In this document: piece after piece, positions 55,355 through 64,000 of the stretch | How the letters are laid out: each line of letters starts with the position of its first letter | Position numbering within the stretch: position 1 is the first letter of the stretch | Origin: Parasitella parasitica NRRL 2501 | Taxonomy: Eukaryota; Fungi; Mucoromycota | Direction of reading: 5' to 3' | Assembly (NCBI GenBank): GCA_025201805.1 | Contig: MU619316.1 | Location: forward strand, 69,078-133,077 | DNA length: 64,000 nucleotides | Program-made: the position numbers and the translations under genes | Notes under the pieces: generated by a model | Told to the model about the DNA's origin: nothing | Seen by the model: only the letters and a program-made list of their open reading frames with translations | Databases searched by the model: none

Positions 55355-55965
55355 ATGTCGTATAATCGCAGAAATCAAAGCTCCAGCACAGCTACTCGCA
55401 CCGTTTCGTACAGTTCAGGTGGTTTAAATGAGAGGTATGTAAAAAGAAATGCTTGGCAATAGCAGATTCTTATTTTGTACGCAGATTCAGCAAAATTGTG
55501 AAGAGTGCCATGTCAAGCCGTCCATCTGCCGCAGTAAGCAACAATCACAACACAAACGAAAGCAACAATGGTGGTAGCGTATTCAGTCGACTTCGTGGCG
55601 CTAAAAACACAACTCGCGGGCGCGTTGGATCAACAAATATTCAGAATCGTTTGGGAAAAACAAATAACGGTGGTATCAAAAAGAGAGGAGGGCCAACCCC
55701 AATGAAGGGCATTGAAAAACAAAAAGGCCGAATTGCCAAAGCTGCTGCTGGAAAGAAGCAAACTGCAGCAATGAAAAAACAAAGTAAAACGCAATCCCAA
55801 CCAAAGAAAAAGGACACCAAGAAGCCTGCAACTGCCGATGATCTTGATAAAGCCCTAGATGCTTACATGATGAAGGATCCTAAAACTGCTCAAGCAAAAC
55901 TTGATGCTGAACTCACCTCTTATATGGATGAAGCTGGCGATATTTTGATGGATGACGCTTTGTAA
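55355..55965 (+). CDS. Basic RNA-binding protein with a FoP/Chtop-like C-terminal duplication motif
   Basis: R/G/K-rich body with SVFSRL and NIQNRLG, and tandem TADDLDKALDAYM / KLDAELTSYM motifs. Intron at about 55435-55484. Confidence 0.75.
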
Positions 55966-57105
55966 AATATTGCGCTTGCATCAATTAAACAGAAAGACAA
56001 CAGATCTCATACAAATATACAATGTTAACATAATAAAGGGGACTCCGGATATTCATCAAAGCAAACAGTGCACGCATCTTTCTTTCTGTCTGTCTTGACC
56101 GACGTCTTATCAAAATGACTACATATCCTTGGTCAAAGACAAGTAATGCACTTGGCCAAATACACGTTCAATTTCATATTGTTTTGCGAATCGGCTGGCT
56201 TCATCAGCAAACATATGGCACCATTGACTGACATGTGCTACAACAAGCTTGTTCATAAATTAGATTAGCTCGATTTAAGTTTTCCATGTCTACTGCGGAG
56301 AACTCTTTTTGTGTTGTGGATATGTAATGCTTTTTATCTGTTATCTGCAGTATTCAGAAATAAAAATTAGTGCTGATCTTCTTTTGTTAGCAAGAGCAAA
56401 TACTTTTAGAAGTGTTGCACACTTGAATGTGAAAACCTGAACAGTGATGAATAATGATAATTTACATGATTCTGTAGATACGGTACATCGGTGTAAACGA
56501 TTTACTTGTTATGGTCTCAAACTGATTTACAATATCTAATCTCACTCTTGTTAAGGTATTGAACAAAGAGCCCTTCAACTGCTGAAAACACTAGAAAACG
56601 TATTTTTTTCTTACTTGATAAACTTGTAAATACTTATACTATTTATGGCTACCGAGCATCACAAATAAGCGTTTGAAATAATAATTGATATTAAGGATTT
56701 TAATAGAGTATCTAAAGTGATGGATGTTTTTTGATTCAATTACCCAGAGACACTTCATCATGATAGATGGAATGAACCTTTTCTGATTCAAGGAACAGCC
56801 ATCATATTAGAATGTGTGTACATGTTATCAATTTTTATCCAATGTCATTCAACAATGACACAATATATTGTAGTATATTACGAACAAGCTGTTGTTTTCT
56901 AGCTTTCCAAAAGCATACCGTTTCTTCCTAAAAAGGAATTTTCTTCTTGGAGTGTCAAAACAAATGACCCAAAACAATGCGTTATGAGATCAAACTGACC
57001 GAGAATTCTTCATCAAGGGGTGGCTCTGTTTGTATATAAATACTTGGATGTATGATCTTCTCTTTCTTTTAATCACCTAAATTTTCCAACTCTCATCTAT
57101 TTACA

Positions 57106-58260
57106 ATGACCGTCAACAAGCGTCCTTTACCGCCTACACCCACATCTCCCAGAGCCAAATATGCGTTTGTCAGTGACAACATGCAATCACTGCTTTTAGA
57201 CACGAACATTGAGAACTTATCAGAAAGAGAAAGACGATGGAATATTGATTTAAGCAATTGCCACAAAGCACTAGAGCAAAAAGAGGTATGTCAGTGCACC
57301 TCTCTTCCGTACACCCATATCTCAATTGTGGCCCCTATTTAGTCTATCATTAGTAATTTAAAAACGCTTGTAATGGAATGGAAAAAAAAGGCCATGGATT
57401 ATGAAAACTCATATAAATGTATAAAGCAAAAATTAGAAGGTCTGTAGATGGCAGGATTGCGTACAGTTTGCATTGACTAATACACTGCTGCATAGGCCGA
57501 GAGCAATTTTTGATAAAGCAACATCAAGCAGAAATTGAGGCGATAACAAAATCACAAACCGATCAAGTTAATGAACACCTTGAATTGATATTAGAACTAG
57601 AAAAAGAGAACCGAGCATTGAAAGCCAAGCAAGAACGTCCACAACAAGAGATGCAACAATTGCTACCAAACTCTAACAGTCTAACTAACATTTACAAGAG
57701 TAGCACAACCCAATTGTGCAACGAAGCTCAGGTAAAACCCACTACACATTCAAAAAGTAACCAGCGTATGTATACTTATGTTCTACTTTAGATTGCAAAT
57801 CAACTTGCTAGTGAGTCTGTTGTATGTAATAGAGATGATTCAGATTACTTAATACAAAGTATCAATGTAAGCATTTACTGTTATACAAACCACTTGAACA
57901 GATACTCATGAATAATAGGAAATGGTACATGCAATGGAAGGAACACTTCATGAACTCAAAAACTATCGTGAACAAGACGAACCTGCGGCGCCCATAACAA
58001 CACCACCTGCCCTAATTTCTGATTCTTCATATTCATCGTCTGATGAATCTACAGATGAACCATTTTCACCGGCACCAGCACCAACACCACAAAAACAGCC
58101 ATCCAAAAAAAGGTCTATCCGCAGTAGTTTTCTATTCCTCAGTAATAACAGTAAAAAACTTCAAGAAGATACGCACCTATCATCGAAAAGAAAGAGCTCT
58201 TTGAATGAAGCATATCGATTCCAGCGAAAATCTTCGAAGCCTACCTCACTAATAAAATAG
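57106..58260 (+). CDS. Hypothetical coiled-coil protein, about 4 introns
   Basis: Consecutive same-strand ORFs bounded by GT-AG sites, RPLPPTP motif, coiled coil and Ser-rich tail. Confidence 0.6.
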
Positions 58261-58832
58261 TTTATTTGTTGAGCCACACAAGCCTCATGTATTATATAAT
58301 GTATACCAAGGTCTATTGTCGAGCGGTCTAGAATGATAGGGAGACGACTGCCTGGTTGAATGTATGCAAATTCCATAGACAAGCGTATATTTTGATTTTT
58401 TTAAATCAGGAGCGCATCTATGTATGCTATTTATTTATTTTTTTCACAGGGCAATTGTCAGGAGATTTAAGAAGGAAGGAGATATCCACATACGTTACTA
58501 GTCGCTTCTCACAAAAAGGTCTAGTTCCATCAATGTCATCAAATATTTTATTCTTGTTTGTCAAGGAGGAAAAGGAGGGTGTGAGCTTTACTGTCTAGGC
58601 GATACATAACAGTAATCTCTTTTTCTTTCCTGTCATTTTTATATATACACAAATATCCTGTATAATATACATACAGCTATCAGGAGTCATTCAATAGTAT
58701 TTAGAGGGGTACTGCATTATATGCGATGAAAATCAAAACCAGAAAAACAAAAATGAACGTGTATAAATGGTTGTTTTAATAGTATAACTAAAATGTATTC
58801 AACTTACACACACACATACACCTCTTCTACCA

Positions 58833-59765
58833 TTATGCTCGCGACAAACAAGCATATTCAGAAAAGAAATTAAGCAGATGATCGTCGTTTAAAGTGGATT
58901 TGTCTAGTAATGGCAGCAGTTTTGACTTTAATGAATCCGTCTGCTGCGTCCATGGCGTGACCTTAAGCTCAAGTTGCTGATTCTCGCCTAGTGAAAACAA
59001 TCTATTGAAATAAGCCAGAACGTCTGTTAAATCCTTGGATGTATTGGCCAATAATTGAGGCAGAACATCAGTATCCAGTGCATTGAAAACTTGTATTAGA
59101 TTTTGCTGAATGTAGCCATCCAATTCTAATGATAACTGTGCAGCAGACTGCTTCAAACATGTTGAACTGAGCAGCGTGTCTTGATGACCACAATGTTTTA
59201 AAGCTATGGTTCGAATATACGCTTCAAATGCAGGCTGTCCTAATTTATCTGCTAGACGATCCCATGCAAGATGCAAACTGCCTTCGGTATGTGCTTGAAT
59301 TGCTCCAAAAATTTGCGCATGTAAGATTTCCAAGTCCATCATTTCCCAAGATGATATGATTCTAAATGTCTTTTGTCTATTGTTGCTAATCTGCTGTTGA
59401 TCTGTCCTGTCCTTTTTCTGCTCGATGGATACAGATATATGCGTTTGGAACTGCTCAGAAATCGTCTTGTAAGTTCCAGATTTGATAGAATCTAGATGAT
59501 CAAATTGCCAATGTGTCGATACAAGCTGTGCAAACCTCTCTACTGGTATCTGGAAGTCTGTTTCAGGGCAAGTATTCGTGTCTTGCTCGTTTTTTGATGT
59601 GGTGGTATTTTGTGATTCATCATTTGGATTGGCTGATATGCTTGTACTACTGATGGTATTAGATGTTGCGGTCGTTAATGTTGTTGGTATAATTGTAGAT
59701 GTAATTGGTAAACTTTTAACTAATAAAATCGTATTTAATAATAAAAAAATGCTCATCAATTTCAT
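58833..59765 (-). CDS. Hypothetical secreted protein (310 aa)
   Basis: Intronless ORF with a signal peptide, Thr/Ser-rich linker and helical Cys-containing domain. Confidence 0.7.
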   Translation of the reverse strand: MKLMSIFLLLNTILLVKSLPITSTIIPTTLTTATSNTISSTSISANPNDESQNTTTSKNEQDTNTCPETDFQIPVERFAQLVSTHWQFDHLDSIKSGTYKTISEQFQTHISVSIEQKKDRTDQQQISNNRQKTFRIISSWEMMDLEILHAQIFGAIQAHTEGSLHLAWDRLADKLGQPAFEAYIRTIALKHCGHQDTLLSSTCLKQSAAQLSLELDGYIQQNLIQVFNALDTDVLPQLLANTSKDLTDVLAYFNRLFSLGENQQLELKVTPWTQQTDSLKSKLLPLLDKSTLNDDHLLNFFSEYACLSRA

Positions 59766-59915
59766 TTTATTATTTTTTTTTAATGATACAAGAATGAATA
59801 TAATAAAAAGAAAGAGAGAGAGAGAGAGAGAATGAAAATGTAAAAAGGGGCTTTATATTTTTATGAAAATGGGCTGTGATCTTCTTCCATGATGATAACA
59901 GGCTGAGATCTTTTT

Positions 59916-61323
59916 TTAAAACTGTAGAATCATTTGTAAATCATCCTTTTCTTCTTTTAGATATGGCATAACTTGGCTATCTAAATAATCATCACTTATT
60001 TGCATCTAAAGGGTTTTTTTTTCCAAAATCAAAGAGGGAAGGCACAAGGGGTCGATGTGAGTAAAACGTCGTCAATATAATATATTTCTCCCTTACATGC
60101 TGTCCTGGGCACACCAAAAATTCTAGACGCCCATGGTCATTTAAATACTTGAGCCCAAGCCAGTCTTCTGTGTAAAGCGTTTGATTTCGCAATGGAATAA
60201 GCTGACGCTTCTCATCATGTAACCAGAACCACTAATGTCTCTTCAATACATATAAAATATTCTCCATAAACACTTACTGCCGTGTATCCTGGTTTAATCA
60301 TCACATCTTCACTGAATCGGATCATAATGAATTTATCTAGTGATTTTAGATTATTTTTGAACGCAAGATTTTTGTTGTTTTCATTGTTTAAATCAGGCAA
60401 AAACCGATTCCTTTCCAAATAGCCCTTTTCATTTGTTGGATCTCGATAGTATTGTGCTTGAATGATTCGATTTTGAACATAATCCGAATAAACTCCACTT
60501 TTAACTATCGTTCTCATTAATTTGCATGTAAAGTCTCTGGGATTCATACAGTTTGGAATATCTGATACGCCTATAAAAAAAAAAGTGAAAAGGTCTTGGT
60601 CCTAGTCATAAATTCATGCAACATTTTGATCCAAACCTCTATGCGGGGAGCCAAATGTTATCAAACGATGAACCGCTGGCTTATTGCATCTCTCGACATA
60701 TGCTCTAGAATGCTAGAGAGATAAGATATTTGACTGCACGCAAATTACAGTGGGTTAGAGTACCTTAAAAACAATCCACCCTATATATTTGATATGATAA
60801 ACAAATGAATACTCAAGGGGTTAGAAAAAACAAGGAAAAATACCTGCGAGAATCCAATAGCATTAAATCCGTTTCGCAATTCAGGTATTTGTCCTAATTT
60901 CTCACAGACCGTGTCTACTTGTTGATCGATTCTACCAAAGAAACCAGCTTTATGATCGTCGTCCACTGTATTGCTCACCTGAATGCTATAGACAAATATT
61001 CCCGATAAACGACTTCTGATTAGATCGCTCACCCTTCCCATAGAATCAGGGTTGCAACAATCATCGCCCATGCCATGCCACAGTACAACTATAAATATTT
61101 CGCACAAGGTTAGTCTCTCTGCTTCTTTGTTTCTGTATTTACCGTGTTTACCGGGCTTATATGCTTCATCATCAGTGATTAAATTTATGTGATATATAAT
61201 AAATAAGTACAGAAGGGATATATTAAAATTCTTTTGTGCTCTTCTCTATTCAGCCACAATAACACCACTACCTAAACATAGACTAGAACAAAATATTAAG
61301 ATGATGATGCCTATCAGTGCCAT
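59916..61323 (-). CDS. PPT1: Palmitoyl-protein thioesterase 1
   Basis: VVLWHGMGDDCCNPDSMG, GFSQ|GGLFLR nucleophile elbow (17-nt exon 60764-60780), IQAQYYRDP, LYTEDWLGLK and PGQH. Confidence 0.92.
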
Positions 61324-62079
61324 TTCTGTAGAAGATGAGGAAGATTATACGATTATAACAAGACAAAAGACAAAATTAGGTTGGACTGTGATTTCTGATC
61401 ATGAAGCATTACACCACTCTTACAAAAATAAATGATTCCGGGCTTAGTTCCAAGCCCACTTTTGAGGAATCGTGTAGCCTACAAGGCATCAATTATGCAT
61501 TTGGTAAATATCAAGTACAATGCTGATAAATTTTGTCTGTTCTGTAAAAATATAGTGCTTTGTGAATAATACTGCATTTTTTTATGCTACGAATATTGCA
61601 TTGAATTATTGCGTCTCTAATAGTTTTAATTATACACAAAATGAAAAAAAAAAAAGACCCAAATTCATTTAACAAAGTACTGTAACGTTACAACAAGCTA
61701 AATATCAAAAGAAAGATGTAATTAGTTACTATGCACAACACTGCTATCCCCTAAGGTTGCTAAAAATAAATTTCTAATTGCAATTACTATGTACTTTATT
61801 GTTTGGAGCATAATAGTAGTATTATCAACAGATACCATCAATCTTCAACTCACAAACACATGTCATATGAGTGGTTCTAATATATTCGAGCCTTTACTAG
61901 CGCAGCTTTTTTATTTGCTTCATTATCCGTAACCGATGCTTAATTGAATGTAAGCACTCAAATCTCAACGTTAACTGCATATGAATGTTGCAAAGCATTA
62001 AATCATTGGAATGATTTTCCATTTATGAAATAGTGTTTGACACGACGTCCAATTTATTGCTAAATAGAAACTTAAATTG

Positions 62080-63495
62080 TTGCTCACTGTTCTTTAGTTT
62101 CAAGAACATTGTAGCATATATAAATTTGATTCATTCGAAATAGAATAGAGAACTTCTTATCGATATTCAGTGTCATCAATGCTTTTGTATGATAAATTAA
62201 TAGATCTTTGTTATTTGATGTGTCAATTTCCCAACCGGAAGTCAACTCAAGTAAACTCAATCTTAAACACAATCCAGGAACATATCCCATGGATCATGTT
62301 ACTTATTTATAACTCAACATGACATGTTCATGGACAATACTAGATACACAACTTATCGTCCCATTCTCTAAATCACACCATATCTCGTACCTACACCTTA
62401 TCCCCCCATCAATCCGCTTATATTCACTAGTATATAAACCATCATATTTTCTATGGAATCGATATAAGATGTATATAGATTCACGGGAAAAATTAAATAA
62501 AAAAACAGTCAACGTCAACTTGATAAAGGTATAGGTTTTATTATCAAATCGACAGGTGTATAAAGCTCCCGTTCATCTACTGGCCAGGTAGATGAACCTT
62601 TATATACTTTAACCGTGGATAAATGTTCTACTCTCGCAATTTAACATGTACGACAATACTGCGTAACTAGCATCTTAACTTTGTGCTAACCAACATATCA
62701 GCAGACTCAAGATAACTTAAATATATTTGAGTGAGGAGATAGACTTTACCCGAGGTAGTACCCTGATCAATCTTCTATACGAAGATTGTTAATATCGATC
62801 CATAAGCGTATATCATTTCTTGTATAATCTTATCCAGTTTATATTAATAGTACATGTCTGAGTGTTGTATATCACTTGGTATTCATCTTAGCATATATCG
62901 GTATATGTAGCATGTCTGTAGCATGTCATAAGCATATCTATAGCATTGCACATATTGCACAAGTCTGTAGTACATAATTTATCTGTAGCTAGTATCATGG
63001 ATATAAGTATATGTCTTACAGTGCGTATCTAGAAACTGGGAATACACATCTGAAGCATAAATCTTATATAGCATAATCTCGTAGCATGAACTAGAGTTAG
63101 TAAATGTCTAAGGCTCGTGTCGAGATATAAGTATAAGTCTATAGCGTCATCCATCTTAATGGTGCCATCTCTAGCTTACATCTTATATAGTATAAATCTG
63201 TAATGCACATCTTCTTATCTGTGCGCATATGTAGTCTATATCAATGTAAGGTAACTGGATGAATCTAGAAGTGGAATGCAGATCATCATAGTGAATGTAT
63301 TTCACAATAACATTGGCTTCCATGTTTTTATTGACATCTATAAATTTATCAGATGATATCACAAACTTACATATCAGAATTGCATATAATCCATCATATG
63401 CTTCCATAAAAAGCAAATAAAACCCTGTCTTATTCGCCATAAATACAGGCATGATCATCGCTATCTGAGTATAACTTGCTTTCCACTGGGCAATG
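62080..63495 (-). repeat. Degenerate dispersed repeat or gene relic, copy C (longest)
   Basis: Contains segments homologous to both 15047-15410 and 18205-18452. Only broken minus-strand ORFs. Left boundary is uncertain. Confidence 0.7.
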
Positions 63496-64000
63496 TCTCT
63501 ATCAAACGTTTCTCGTATTTTGATGCGAAGTTTGAAATATAATCACGTGGTTTTGTTCTTCTGTGTGCCAACGTTGTGTCAGTGTTGTGCCAGAAAGGCA
63601 TGAGATTAAGCAATCATTAGATTGGTAATTCTTTGTATACAATGACAAGGAATAAGCTATTAATGTACAATATAACATGTAATTAACTTGGCATTACATA
63701 CCAAGTTCAATATTTAACCATGATGACAAATAGTGTTATAATAGATATAATCGAGTATAAAAAGATAGCATTTTCTTATCAATAAAGTCATTAGTTTTTG
63801 TGTCTGATTTATTTTTATGAAGTTATGCATTTTTTTTGGCAGATTATATTTATATATCTTCTGCGCATAACATATACAGTAAAAATAGCATTAGTATCAA
63901 AATGTTCAGCGTTGATCGTTACCTTTCATCTAACTTGTATTCTCCCAAAGCGCTTCTTGCCATGGAAACAGCTGTCCTCATAACACAACCGCCCCTACAC

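Noticed and set aside
63902-64000. Open frame MFSVDRYLSSNLYSPK... running off the window end
   Set aside because: Only 33 codons are visible, which is too little to support a gene call.

Overview
Eukaryotic, AT-rich, gene-dense DNA with many short GT-AG introns. The gene set and intron style are most consistent with a mucoralean fungus (inference). About 22 intact genes are recognisable: a 4CL-like acyl-CoA ligase (partial), a DHA2 MFS transporter, RHO1, POP4, PKC1, a head-to-head pair of HSPA12-like atypical Hsp70s, a DNAJC17/Cwc23 J-protein, eIF6, RPL28 and RPS16 (divergent), a GPI-type cell-wall protein, FKS glucan synthase, kinesin-3, a Zn2Cys6 factor, TVP23, UBC4, a paraoxonase-like and an NmrA-like enzyme, a FoP/Chtop-like protein, PPT1 and two hypotheticals. 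There is also a tRNA-Pro(AGG) and a young Tc1/mariner element with 69-bp TIRs and TA duplications, whose interior is an N gap. Main observations: (i) Rho1, Pkc1 and Fks, the core of the cell-wall-integrity axis, lie within 34 kb. (ii) An unclassified degenerate dispersed repeat occurs in three copies; two inverted copies bracket a 3.4-kb island holding a Tc1 relic and a PD-(D/E)xK-like relic beside the tRNA. (iii) The HSPA12-like pair has microexons and an intron offset by 1 nt between paralogs. (iv) FKS hot spot 1 carries a Pro-to-Ala change. All alignments and gene models were made by eye.
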